From: Selaginella moellendorffii | Taxonomy: Eukaryota; Plantae; Lycopodiophyta | Direction of reading: 5' to 3' | DNA length: 64,000 bases | NCBI RefSeq assembly: GCF_000143415.4 | Contig: NW_003314343.1 | Location: 789,334 to 853,333 of the forward strand | Shown here: piece after piece, positions 49,539 to 63,312 of the stretch | How positions within the stretch are numbered: the first letter of the stretch is position 1 | Layout of the letters: every line of letters begins with the position of its first letter | Position numbers and translations under genes: made by a program | Notes under the pieces: generated by a model | Databases searched by the model: none | Told to the model about the DNA's origin: nothing | The model's input: only the letters and a program-made list of their open reading frames with translations

Positions 49539-51322
49539 TAAATATTCTAGAATACTTTACTATCTAATGGTTGTTATTTATTTAGATTAATTTATATTTA
49601 TAAATTGTAAACATGTTTATAATTATAAACTTCCATTTGATTAATTGGATTAATATATACTACTAAGCAAATCAAGTGTTGTTGCGTATAACATATTATT
49701 ATTGCATGAATTGACTTAAGCTATATAATTAAACAGCAAATCAAGTTTTAAAATTTACATACTTATATTTTCTCAAATTAAATAAATTTATGTAGCCCTT
49801 TTCCTTGAAGGGGATTAAAATAGATTATTATTTTAGAATATTTTATAATATTTTTTGGATGAATGAATATTCCAAACGTGATGAATTCCTCTATCCATTT
49901 TGTTAGTGTATATTTTTATATTCCATTTTTCTCTTACCATCTTTGGTATGGCAATGAATATAATTGTGTATATTTGTTATAATGCTTAAATTATTTATCA
50001 TATATAGATTTATTGTTTTTTTTTGAGTTGCATACAAAAATATTATGCACACAATCACTTTTCAATTGCTATATTAGCAATCAAAATGTGATTATGTATA
50101 TAATATTTTTGTCATGGGATATACCCTATATACATGGCATGACATCCTATGCAAAACTAATCTCAAACAACATGAGGTCACCACAAATTTAACAATCACT
50201 TTTTTGTTTTGTATCATTGAATGCAGATTTATAATCTCTTGATTGTGATAATCTCTTTACTCTTATTTCACACAACTGTGGCTCATTTCTTATAGTTTAG
50301 AAGCATAGTTTTATTGTAGCATTCCCTTGGTCCCCACATCATATGTTGCAAGAAAAGCATTTAAACCACAATAACACTCTTGAGGTGATACACCCTTTCC
50401 TAGCCTCCTAACTTATAAAAATGAGATATCAGTGCAATGTACATTGGTGTAAGGTTTTGAATTTTCATTTTCTGGGAGATCACCCAACCCAATAATTCAA
50501 ACCCAAATATCCCAATATTTTTAACTAATTAAAAAAAGATTGCCTTTACCCTCTATATTTGAATTCTTATAGATCTATTTTTTTTGTTACTTACAATTAA
50601 TCCACTCCAAATAAGGAGGCAAGATCCTTTATTCAGTATTTTTTATTCAAAAATATAACTACAAGTCCTAACCCAAACTCTAAACCCTTTTGACATATAA
50701 AATTTTTTTAATGTTGATTCAAATGTAGTGTAGAAAATTGTATATATGGCACTAATTTAGAAAGGCACCATTGTATGCCCATACATAAAAAAAAGCTGTG
50801 TTTTAAAGTATAATTTTGTGAGTCATGTGTATTATAATAATTTAAACAAACATGTATTTGCTTTTTTTCATATATTTTGCAATATTTTGCCAAGCTGCCC
50901 ACCTAAGGTACACTTCCCCTCATATTACCAAGTGACTCACACATTTTATGTAAGGATAATCAAAGTAAGCTTAAGGAAGAACCATCCCCACTACCAAACA
51001 AACTTGACAGTCAAGGACAAGAGAAGAATTTTCAAAATCTTTAAGCTTTTGCATTTTAAAAGTTTCTTTGTTTTGAAGGTTAGCCCTTAAAAAAAAAATT
51101 CTACCCTTTTGAAAAATGGTTAAAAAAATTATTTTCTTTACCCCACTATGCCCTAATGTCATTCCACACACAATATTTCATTTTCAAATAACATAATATA
51201 TTCTATTACTGTTTACATAGTCTCAGATTTAGGAATCGGACAATTTCTTTTAAAGCTGACATATAGCATGTGAATACATACTATGGTAAAGCTTTACAGC
51301 AAGCATACACTTAGCTCAATAT
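49539..51322. repeat. Full-length (~1.8 kb) left-type arm of the inverted-repeat element in a partial cassette copy lacking knottin, bHLH and kinase
   Basis: Same outer and inner termini as 39577-40848; near-identical to 53489-55265. Confidence 0.85.
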
Positions 51323-51361
51323 CGACATAAAAGACACAAAAGTCCTAAACAGGTAGTGCAT

Positions 51362-51461
51362 NNNNNNNNNNNNNNNNNNNNNNNNNNNNNNNNNNNNNNN
51401 NNNNNNNNNNNNNNNNNNNNNNNNNNNNNNNNNNNNNNNNNNNNNNNNNNNNNNNNNNNNN
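51362..51461. other. Assembly gap (100 N)
   Basis: Run of N. Confidence 1.
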
Positions 51462-53488
51462 CTAGGGTAAAAATAGATTTTATCCTTTCTCAACTTGGAG
51501 ATACTAGTTATTTAAGAACACTTGAAAGATGTACGTTTCTGAGGACAACCAGGCAATTCCATGCCCGAGCGGGGGAGGAGCTACTGGACGTGGCTCCACC
51601 ACTCCTTGTCCCAGTTCGGAGAGCTCACCGAGACGAAGCGAAGCTCGTGTTTGATCGCCGTTGCTTCGAATGCCCCCAGCAGCCCCTGAGGATCGAGATG
51701 GTGTCTCCTGGACTGCCGTAATCGCAGAGCTCTCTCAAAACTGGGATTAAGCATTGAGTAGTCGATAGCCACGAACTTCTATCAAATTAAGATCCAGGTG
51801 TGGATCATAGAGATGATCTAGCAGTGATTATCCATATATACGTACATTCATATACAGTCATATATAATTCTTTCCTCATGTGTGCGTGTGTCTGTGCACT
51901 TTCACTTTGAGGCTGAGGATGTTAAAATGGAGAAATATGAGGCAACACCTAGGGTATATGGATGTGAAACACAAAAGTCTCACTCCCTCCAGATACCTGA
52001 TCACTTGGCTAATGAAATTTAATCTCCCTATGGATGCTAGAAACACCCTCCCAATGATCAATGATTGTGACTGTTTGTGACACATGCAAAGAATTTTCCT
52101 AGGGATCCCAAACCACACCTGTCCTCCCAAGCTAGTGTTAGGGCCATAAACACCCGTGTCCAGGCTCCTAGGCTGACTCGTTCCCGAAACTCACAGCTTC
52201 CAGCTGATTGTACTGGCATAACAGCGAGCCAGTAACTTGGTTTTGGAAATTTGGAAGCTGGAGCAAAGTGTTGAGAGTTAGAGATGCAAGGATGATTGGC
52301 TGAGTGCTCTCAAATTGAAATCCTAACCATGAGTAGCAAACTAGTGGCTATGCAATTAGGTACGCTCCTCTTTTGAACTTCAAGCTGATGGTGAGAGCTG
52401 AAAAGAATTTCACATCCTAGTCTTCAATGCTTCATTCATATCAGATATTCCTGCTGAAGCCTTTTCCTTTTCACTTGTCTTTTTCCCTTGATAGTTTGGC
52501 ATCGGTGGTGGAGTTCATGAAAGCAGCCCGTGAAGCCTGACTGGATGGAAGTATGGATATAAGGATACAGCTAAATCGCAAGAGGAGTTGGAAGAGATTG
52601 ACAGAAAGGAAAAGGAGCAGTCAGCATGGTACAGGTTGGCACTATTTGCTCCAATTGGGTTTGTTATGGGTGCTGTGGATTTCATGATTCGGGTCGCTGT
52701 GTGTAGCATCCTCCAGAGTATCGAGGTAAATCAGGCTCCATCCTGGATAATGAATTAGCGTTCGCTTGCTACAGGTTGACAGGAGGATCTTGCCTCCAAG
52801 TGGATGTAAGTCATCGAATAATGAATGATCAAGAAGTGTTTTTGTCACTCGCAAAATTTGATTTTGCAAGCATACCCTACCTATGCCACCATCCAAGAGG
52901 TGAGCCCATTTGCACCACCTTACGTCTCTTTGCAGGCCGAAATTGAGAACGGCTTCGAGCAGGCTTCTGTGGTTTTCTTTGCCCAGTAACAAGATACATC
53001 ACCCGCACCACCTGTCCATTGTCTTGCGCTACATTGCGTCTGGAAAGGTGCTCCGAAAACAAAAGCTCATGTTTGTTCGTTTGGTAGATGCACATCAGTT
53101 GTGAGTCGCGAGTCTATTATAAGTAAAGTTGACTATTTGGTTATCCCATGGACAATGCTGACCAGTGCCATGTAAAAGACTGCAGTTGATACTGTGATCA
53201 ACAGAAACAAGGAAAAGTTTCTGGCGGAGCTATATACTGCCTTTAAAGTGCGCTTTTTTTCATAATGTAAGTCGACTCTTTCTGATCAACTTCCAGTGCA
53301 GCTTTACTGGCGCCACGCTGAGCACTCTCTACGAGCTGCTGGGGGAGAAAATCCGGGAGGCACACAAATCCAGAAAGAGCAACAAAGGTCGTGTTGCCGA
53401 GCAGGACTTGGATCTCATTTCTGACCGCCCCACGGGGTCTCACGATAGGCTTTGATATGAAATGCTCTACAAACAGCTCTCTTGTGTG

Positions 53489-56400
53489 TAAATATTCTAG
53501 AATACTTTACTATCTAATGGTTGTTATTTATTTAGATTAATTTATATTTATAAATTGTAAACATGTTTATAATTATAAACTTCCATTTGATTAATTGGAT
53601 TAATATATACTACTAAGCAAATCAAGTGTTGTTGCGTATAACATATTATTATTGCATGAATTGACTTAAGCTATATAATTAAACAGCAAATCAAGTTTTA
53701 AAATTTACATACTTATATTTTCTCAAATTAAATAAATTTATGTAGCCCTTTTCCTTGAAGGGGATTAAAATAGATTATTATTTTAGAATATTTTATAATA
53801 TTTTTTGGATGAATGAATATTCCAAACGTGATGAATTCCTCTATCCATTTTGTTAGTGTATATTTTTATATTCCATTTTTCTCTTACCATCTTTGGTATG
53901 GCAATGAATATAATTGTGTATATTTGTTATAATGCTTAAATTATTTATCATATATAGATTTATTGTTTTTTTTTGAGTTGCATACAAAAATATTATGCAC
54001 ACAATCACTTTTCAATTGCTATATTAGCAATCAAAATGTGATTATGTATATAATATTTTTGTCATGGGATATACCCTATATACATGGCATGACATCCTAT
54101 GCAAAACTAATCTCAAACAACATGAGGTCACCACAAATTTAACAATCACTTTTTTGTTTTGTATCATTGAATGCAGATTTATAATCTCTTGATTGTGATA
54201 ATCTCTTTACTCTTATTGCACACAACTGTGGCTCATTTCTTATAGTTTAGAAGCATAGTTTTATTGTAGCATTCCCTTGGTCCCCACATCATATGTTGCA
54301 AGAAAAGCATTTAAACCACAATAACACTCTTGAGGTGATACACCCTTTCCTAGCCTCCTAACTTATAAAAATGAGATATCAGTGCAATGTACATTGGTGT
54401 AAGGTTTTGAATTTTCATTTTCTGGGAGATCACCCAACCCAATAATTCAAACCCAAATATCCCAATATTTTTAACTAATTAAAGAAAGATTGCCTTTACC
54501 CTCTATATTTGAATTCTTATAAATCTATTTTTTTTCTTTGTTACTTACAATTAATCCACTCCAAGGAGGCAAGATCCTTTATTCAGTAGTTTGTCCTCCA
54601 ACATCCAAAAAGGCATTCAAAATATAATTACAAGCCCTAACCCAAACTCTAAACCCTTCTGACATATTAAAAAAATTAACGTTGATTCAAATGTAGTGTA
54701 GAAAGTTGTATATATGGTACTAATTTAAAAAAGCACCATTGAATGCCCATACATAAAAAAAAGTTGTGTTTTAAAGTATAATTTTGTGAGTCACACATGT
54801 GTATTATAATAATTTAAACACACATGTATTTGTTTTCTTCATATATTTTGCAATGTTTTGGCAAGCTGCCCACTTAAGGTACACTTCCCCTCATATTACC
54901 AAGTGACTCACACATTTTATGTAAGGATAACTAAAGTAAGGTTAAGAACCATCCCTACTACCCAACAAAAGCCACTTGACAGTCAATGACAAGAGAAGAA
55001 CTTTCAAAATCCTTAAGCTTTTGCATTTTAAAAGTTTCTTTGTTTTGAAGGTTAGCCCTTAAAAAAAAATTTCTACGCTTTTCAAAAATGGTAAAAAAAA
55101 TTATTCTCTTTACCCCACTATGCCCTAATGTCATTCCTCACACAATATTTCACTTTCAAATAACATAATATATTCTATTAGTGTTTAAATAGTCTCAGAT
55201 TTAGGAATCGGACAATTTCTTTTAAATGCACAGAGCTTTACAGCAAGCATACACGTAGCTTAATATCGACATAAAAGACACAAAAGTCCTAAACAGGTAG
55301 TTCATGCGTCACAATGCCTTTCACTTTTGCATTAAAAATAGATTTTATCCTTTCTCAAATTGGAAATACTAGTTATTTAAGAACACTTGAAAGATGTCCG
55401 TTTCTGAGGACAACCAGGCAATTCCATGCCCGAGCGGGGGAGGAGCTACTGGACGTGGCTCCACCACTCCTTGTCCCAGTTCGGAGAGCTCCCCGAGACG
55501 AAGCGAAGCTCGTGTTTGATGGCCGTCGCTTCGAATGCCCCCAGCAGCCCCTGAGGATCGAGATGGTGTCTCCTGGACTGCCATAATCAGAGCTCTCTCA
55601 AAACTATCGCCTCCAGGACACAACACAATACCGACCGCAAAGTTTAGACAAGACAAAAACATCATAGTCCTCGCAGTGGTTCAGCTTCACCATCGCATTG
55701 AAGTTCTTGAGCGGGTTGGCGTCCTCTTCTTGTCCGTCAGACTCTGCTTCATGGCGATGGCAGCAGGGAGCTCTACATTGTTAATAGATGGGATTAAGCG
55801 TTGAGTAGTCGGTAGCCACGAACTTCTATCAATCTTTCCTCACGACATTCTAGGGAGGAAATAGAAACCTTATTATAACCTTTGCGATGTAGGCAAAGAA
55901 ACATAGAGTCAATCATGCACAGAATCCACCAACACCAAAGATGACTGCCACGCAGTGGAGCCCCGCACAGCACTGTACTCCCTCTGGAACATAGAACGGT
56001 GCACAGCTGTGGCCCTTGCCGGCACAACTCTTCAAGGTGAGAGCTGGATCCCCATGATCATCTTCTGCATCACACAGAATCTTAGTGACCAAAAGAGCCA
56101 ATGAAACCTCACACTCACCAGTGTTAACAGGATGATCTTCAGCGAAGCCAGCTACCTCGTTCTGCCGAGTTATGTCGTAAACCTCTTCTCCTGCAGCACA
56201 GGGAATGTCAGTGACCAAGAAACCGGAGCCACATCTCACACTCACCGATATTAGCAGGACGAGCAGATGCCATAAACATTGCCATGGTGCATGCTACAGC
56301 AAGAAAAAGAGTAAAGCGGAGAGCCATTGGCATGAGACTGGATACAACCAATTGAATGAGCGCCAGGAAACTTGGAAGCCTATAGTTTATATATTCTAGG

Positions 56401-57868
56401 GCTGATTATATTTATAATGTGCTGCTGCATGCAACCAATTATATTGAGCTACGTGTATGCTTGCTGTAAAAATTGTACATAACCACGTGCTATATGTCAG
56501 CTTTAACACTGGCACAAAGGACGCCAGTTCTTTTCTTGTCCTTGACCATCAAGTGGCTCTTGTTGGATAGTGGGGATGGTTCTTCCTTAAGCTTACCTTA
56601 ATTATCCTCACATAAAACATGTGAGTCACTTGGTAATATAAGGGGAAGTGTACCTTAGGTGGGCAACTTGGCAAAACATTGCAAAATATATGTGTTTAAA
56701 TTATTGTAATATACATGTGTGACTCACAAAATTATACTTTAAAACACAACTTTTTTTATGTATGGGCATGTAATGGTGCCTTTCTAAGTTAGTGTCACAT
56801 ATACAATTTTCTACACTACATTTGACTCAATGTCAAATTTTTTAATATGTTAGAAGGGTTTACACTTTGGGTTTGATATTTAAAACAATTCAATCTATAA
56901 GAATTCAAATATAGATGGTAAGGGCAAATTGTTTTTTAATTAATTAAGAATTTTCAGATATTTGGGTTTGAATAATATTGGGTTGGATGATTTCCTATTC
57001 AAAAACTTACACAAATGTACATTGCACTAATATCTCAATACTATAGGTTAGGAGGCTAGGAAGGGGTATATCCTCTCAAGAGTGTAATTGTGGTTTAAAT
57101 GCTTTTCTTGCAACACATGATGTGAGGACCGAGGGAATGCTACAATCAAATTACGCTTCTAAATTATAAGAAATGAGCCATAGTTGCATGAAATAAGAGT
57201 AAAGAGATAATCATAATCAGCAGATCACAAATTTACATGCAATGATACAGGACAAAAAAATGATTATTAATCTATAATGACCTCATGTTGTCTAAGATCA
57301 GTTTTGCATAGGATATCACACCATGTATATAGGGCATATCCCATGATAAAAATATTATACATATAATCACATTTTGATTGTTAATATAGCACTTGAAAAG
57401 TGATTGTGTACATAATATTTTTGTATGCAACTCAAAACAAAAAAAGAATTTGCATATGATAAATAATGTAAGCATTATAAAAAATATACACAATTATATT
57501 CATTGCCATACCAAAGAGGTGGTAAGAGAAAAATGGAATATAAAAATATACACTAACAAAATGGGTAGAGAAATTCATCACATTTGGAATGCTCATTCAT
57601 CCTTTAGAAAAGAAAAAAATATTCTGAAAGAATAATCTATTTTATTGCCCTTCAAGGAAAACGGCTACATAAATCTATTTAATTTGAGTTCATGCAATAA
57701 TAATATTAATAGCAACACTTGATTTGCTTAGTAGTAGTGTTATTCCTATTTATTAATCAAATTAATCAAATGGAAGTTTATAATTATAAACATATTTACA
57801 TCTTATAAATACAAGATTAATCTAAATAAATAACAACCATTGGATAGTAAAGAATTCTAGAATATTTA
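53489..57868. repeat. Second complete inverted-repeat element (arms ~53489-55265 and ~56441-57868) enclosing a PPR fragment and knottin copy 2
   Basis: Same termini as the first element; right end GATAGTAAAGAATTCTAGAATATTTA. Confidence 0.85.
55913..56327 (-). CDS. Secreted pre-pro-knottin, copy 2
   Basis: Same 3-exon structure and identical signal exon; mature end LTLKSCAGKGHSCAPFYVPEGVQCCAGLHCVAVIFGVGGFCA* (C-x6-C-x10-CC-x4-C-x10-C); frame intact. Confidence 0.85.
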
Positions 57869-58635
57869 AATATATTCTAGGTATATCCAGTACCTCACAA
57901 ATTTGCTTACCCAAACCAAACTATTATAAAGTAATATTAAAAGTAGCATCTCGAATGGAGAAAAACTAGTTAGAGTCATGTTGGCAAAAAACAACTCAGA
58001 AAGGAATCTTTAGTAAGACATTGATTAAGATCAATCTTCTCTAAAGTCATGTTAAAACCCAGGGTTTAAATCAGCCATTGAAGAAATTTTAGAAAAGTAA
58101 AATTAAAGAATAAAAGGCAAATTAACATACACTAATTTTTATTCAACCACTATATGGACGCGCAACCTCCACTCCTTTCGCAGCACGCGCTTGTTTTTTC
58201 GCTTCTCTCATCGCAACCAAGTGAGAAGAGCTCCTTCTTTGTGTGCCCAAAAGGAGTTCCCAGGTAGGGCGAGCACGTTCCCGCCCAGAACGGGCGAGCC
58301 AGGCGTTAGCCTGGTGGACCGTGCCCGGGGAACGGTTTAGGGTTTACGAGCTCCGTTAACGGACACGTGGAATAACGTGATTCGAGGATGAGAGGTTTCT
58401 CCAGGAAGCTAGGTTCTTGCGAACCTGGCAGTTGTCAGCCTTCTCGCAGAGAATCTGACATCATCCGACGGCTGCCAAGTTAACGGGCGAGCCACAGCCC
58501 GTTAAGAGAGGGGGTCCAGGCAGCGCAAGATTGATTACCCTTCCGGGAGCTGCTAGACCTGGGGGATGTTGCCAGAGATTTGTGTGTTCTTCCTGTAGCA
58601 AGAGGGAGAAGGAGAGGGAGAGGGGGAGAGGGGGA

Positions 58636-59830
58636 ATGGATCCTTTCAATCCGTTCCAGGAAGAGGTGGGCGGAGGGGGGGCCATCCAGAGCACGTTTGC
58701 GGACATGGCGCTGCAGCACAAGCTCACCTTGCTCGTCGACAACTCGTCCCTCTGCTCCTGGACGTATGCAATCTTCTGGCAGCTCTCCAGCGCCGACGGC
58801 CAGATGTAAGCTCTCTCTCTCTCTCTCTCTCTCGTAGCATCACCTAGCATCATCTGCCATGGTTCTAAAAGGCGCTCACTTCACTTCAGGATTCTGGGCT
58901 GGGAAGACGGCTACTTCTCCACCACCAACGAGAAGAGTACCCAGCGGAACGAGGCCAAGCAGTTCGATGCCGACCAAATTCTCAGGCGCAAGGTCCGCCT
59001 TGTGCGAGCTCCACGACCTGTGCCATCCCGAGGAGGATTATCGAGAGGTGGACCATGTCACCGACCAGGAGTCGTTCTATCTCCTCTCCAAGTCGTGGAA
59101 TTTCGCCTGCGGTGAAGGGTACGTAGAAACACGCTTCTTGTCTTGTTCCAAGGCTGATAAGCTCCAGGAGAACTCGCAGCATTCCAGGGCGGGCGTTCCA
59201 GTTTGGGCAGCACATATGGATTTGCGACACTGTCAAGCCCATTAACTTTCACTGTGCGCGACTGGAGCTTGCCAAGGTAACGTATTCTTTTTCCTTTGTT
59301 TTCATCACCTGTGCTCCAAGATTGCGTGCTGACTTCACTCCTCCCCTCTGTGCTTGTGCCCAGAGCGCAGGAATTCAGGTAACCAAAAGTTGAACTGGCC
59401 ATGTTGTATAGATCTCTCACGTACTCCACGCTGCAGACAATCGTCTGTGTTCCCACCCGAAACGGAGTTGTGGAGCTGGGATCCACCGAAATCGTAAGCT
59501 TTCGTGTTTTTCGCTTCTCTCTGTTGGAGATGATATATGTGGTGCCGCAGGTGAACGAGTGCTCGCGGACACTCCAAGACATAAGGAGATACTTTGAGGA
59601 GGAGCAGCAGCAGCAGCAATCACAGCAGCAACCGCGGCTACCGCAACTTCTTTCCCACCTTTGAAGTTTCTATTCATTGCTCTTGAACCCGCAGGATTCC
59701 TCGTTGCTATCCGGTCCTATATCCAGCACCAGGAAGTTTCCAGCTTGTGCCCCTGGGGATTTCTTGCCTCCTCTGAAAGAAAAGTCTCCTGGGTCATATG
59801 TCCTCTCAACATCTCCCAATCAAAACGCCG
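58636..59830 (+). pseudogene. bHLH-MYC N-terminal domain gene, copy 2 (frameshifted)
   Basis: MDPFNPFQEEVGGGGAIQSTFADMALQHKL..WTYAIFWQ is intact. Exon 2 has a net +4 insertion at ~58998 (gtccgccttgtgcgag vs gtcctccgcgag) and EWFYL>ESFYL. Confidence 0.8.
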
Positions 59831-60274
59831 TATGCATTCCAATAGAGATCATATTTCCTCGAGGCCTTGACAACCCTTGTCACTTGCTCGACAAGCTCAA
59901 CATCGCTAGCATTGTGTTTTGGCATGATCTCATGGATGAAGGACGAGCACACGCTGCTTAGAACAGAGATTGTGCATGCTCCTCACCTCCACCCTGATGG
60001 GATTGGTTTGCAACAGAAACGTACTAATTTTTCTTCTTGGTGGAAATCTCCAACAGCCTTTACAAACTGTGTCTCACGGAAGACCAGCTGCTTTGCAGTA
60101 TTGGAAACGTCACCTCAAAGATCTTCATCGTCTTGCTTTGAAAAATCAGAGGAGAAAAACAGTCCAAGATGTAGAGAAAAGAAATGTACGTCCTCGTCCA
60201 GAGCAAGAAAAGTTAGGGCTAGGGTCAGCGTCCAGTTTATCTCTGAGCGTAAAAAGTATATACGGAGAACAAGG

Positions 60275-62071
60275 ATGGCGTTTCTGCGAGCGCAGCGCGT
60301 TTTGTACATCCATCCCACAGGCGAAGCGGAACTAGACGAAGGAGTGCTGCGGCACAAGGGGAGGAGAGGTAGGCCAGTTCCCAGCGCTCTGCCCGATGTG
60401 GCCGGCCTTCGGGGATGGCTGCAGGAAGAACTGCCTTCTGTGGATTCGGTCCTCGTTCCCGGCGATGGATGGTACAATCCGGAGTACTTACCAGACGGCC
60501 CACTTCCCGTGAGCTTTGCGCTTCATGCGTGGATCCGAAGGTAAAGTAAATGGTCTTTTGCTCTTGGTCTCCGCTCATTCTTGGCGATGGTGATCAGGCA
60601 AGCGACGCAGGGACGAAAGCACCGCTGTGACAGTCGCAAGGAGTCAGACGAAGAGGGTGAAGGATTACCAAGTATACGAGCCCATGGTCGTGGAGCCGGA
60701 TATCCTACTGGGCGGCCGGTCGAGTACCATGCTCGTGGCTCTACAGTGGCTAGCTTTGCTCGAGCGCGAGGCCGCCAAGGTAGACCTTACAAGCCTGAGA
60801 GAGCTCAGGCTTGCCAAGGTGAAGCCAAAGGAGAGCGCCTATTATCCCGGCGTCTTGGCCTTCTTACGAGCTGCTTCGTTTGGTCAGAAAGGCTTGAATT
60901 TCGGTGGGCACGGCTTGCAGGGCTTTATATGCGGCAAGCCAAGCGTTGTGTCGGAAGTGAAAACGAAGGTTTTCTATGCAACTGATAAGGATGAGACGGG
61001 TATGGTGGCCAATGCTACGCTGATAAAGCAGGAAGCAGACTATCTGAAAACGGGAATCGAGGGAACGGATGAGACGGCTCGTCTGGGGTGCCTGTTTTGC
61101 CGCATGGACAGGTTCTGGATTGTCAAGTACCTGCGAGAGACGGATAAGGTTCAGGTGACGCCGGGATTTCCTTTGCCTCTGCAGCTGGCCGACTTCAGTC
61201 CGGATTTTGTGCTGATGAAGCTTTCGTGGCTAAATGAGACCAGCTGGAGAGCATCAGCTTGAAGGACGTTCTACCTCCTAAACCGATGCCTGGATTCTGT
61301 ACGTTGGTCTCCTATGCGGAGGAACTGCAGCGAATGTACGATCTACCGGTGCTGAGTGTTCGTTTCGTCGGACCAAGCACTGATATCCCGCTCTCAGATC
61401 TGACGCCGGTGGCTTATGGCAAGAAGTCTCTTGTGGTGCTCCGACGATCGGCGTTCAATGTCCTCAAGATCTGCTCGCCATCGAGTGCTGAGATGGAGCG
61501 ACGCATCCATGCAGCATCCGACGGCCACTCCAACGTGCGGAGGCTTGTGAACTGGGGGATGGTGAGCATTGGGGAGAACAATGACGTGTTTGGCTTTCTG
61601 GAGCTCGAGGGCTATGGCCAGCCTTTGGGTCGGGAGCACATTGCCGACATGGAAGCGATGGATGATATGTGGAATCAGGCGTACCGGGGGCTCAAGCATC
61701 TCCATTCCAAGGGTGTTCTTCACCGGGACGTGAAGCCAGACAACCTGGTCGTGTTTCCGGGCAACGTGCTCAAGATAAACGACTACGATGTGTCGTGCTT
61801 CAAAGGCGAGAGCCGTGCTTACAGCGAGATGGTGGGAACTGTCGGGTACCAGTCTCCTTCTGATATGTTGCCGTATGCGGAGGAGGACGACGTGTTGTCT
61901 CTGGCGCTCTCTTTCTATGCTCTCAAGTTCGGAACGACAACGACTTCGAAAGCGGGCCGGCTCCATATCTTACTCCGAGAGCTGCAGCCGGATGTTTTCC
62001 CTGGAGCAATGATCCAGGCAGTGGAAGAAGCGGTGATGCAACTCAACTTGGAGCTACTTGAAGAAGATTAG
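60275..62071 (+). pseudogene. Crinkler-like nuclease-kinase gene, copy 2 (two frameshifts)
   Basis: Near-identical to 45514-47313, with a 2-bp deletion at ~60526 (catgcgtgg vs catgtgcgtgg) and a 1-bp deletion at ~61245 (cagctgga vs cagcttgga). Confidence 0.82.
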
Positions 62072-63312
62072 TACTAGCCTATTGAATGGTTTGTAAATTA
62101 AGACCTTTGTAGCAACACCTAATAATCACATAGACGTGGATCCCAATACGTTGGAGTCTATCAAGTTGGAGTTGTTTTATTTTGTTTGTGGTGGGCATGA
62201 TGTTATTAGGAGATGCATTTCGCAGTACATGTTCCATGCAGCACTTCTTCCTTCCCCCAGCTTGCACTTGGCAAGTCTACCATACGGATGGAGGTCCCTC
62301 CAGCCAGTTTAGCAACACAAGAACAAGGTTGCGGTGGTGGTCGTGCTCGTGTACACAGTTGCACCGGGTGGTGAAGATGTAAAATTGTTTCCTGTTGAAA
62401 AATTGGAAAACTAATGGATGTATCTAAAGTTTCAAAAGGCTCCTCTGATGTTCATGGATAACAGGATTACTCCTCCACTCTTTCACAGCATGCTGTGCGG
62501 AGTTGATATTCATTTTCTTTTGTGTTGTTAATGTTACTAAAGTGATGGTCTTCATGGATTCAGGTTTAATAATCCCCTCCATTCACTCCTTCATTGTCAA
62601 TGTTTGGCAACATCTTTATAGTGCCATTTATGCAAGTTTTTAGTTCAATTGAATTGGTCATATACAACTTCATAGGCCATTTCCATAGGGGGTATCATTA
62701 TATCATCATTGTATTTGATTACTTTAGTCTGTGGGTTGAGGTGTGTATACCTTGTAACATGGTTTGAAAACTTGAGTGTATCCTTTCAAATCAAGATTGT
62801 GAAAAGCATTGACACAATTTTCCTTTACATAGGTTTATAATTATGAATCTCTCTTTTAAAAGTAGGTTTTATTTATAATTTTCTTTTATATAAAAGTGAT
62901 TTAAATGGGTCTTAAAATAAATTTCTAAAACTAAGATTTGTGTATATTCTAAAGATGATTTATAAAGTTTGTATAAATCTATGGAGTAGGTTCACAAAAT
63001 TGATTTATAAATTTTTGGTTTTAAATAATTTTTAAAATTAAGTTATTTTAATTACAAAAGGTTTATTTAGTGTATTTATAAAAAAGATTATGTTATGGTC
63101 TATATGATATTATAAGAATATTTACTATGTAAAAATATAATAATTTTTTCAACTAGATAACTTTGTTTATAATTATATTTTAATGGCTGTATAAGAAAGT
63201 TTTTTCTGCTAATATAACAACTTAATTATTTAACCAACTAAAAGATAATTATATTCACTATAAAACTATAATTTAATTAATTTAATTGCTCTACGAACAG
63301 CTCTCTTGTGTG

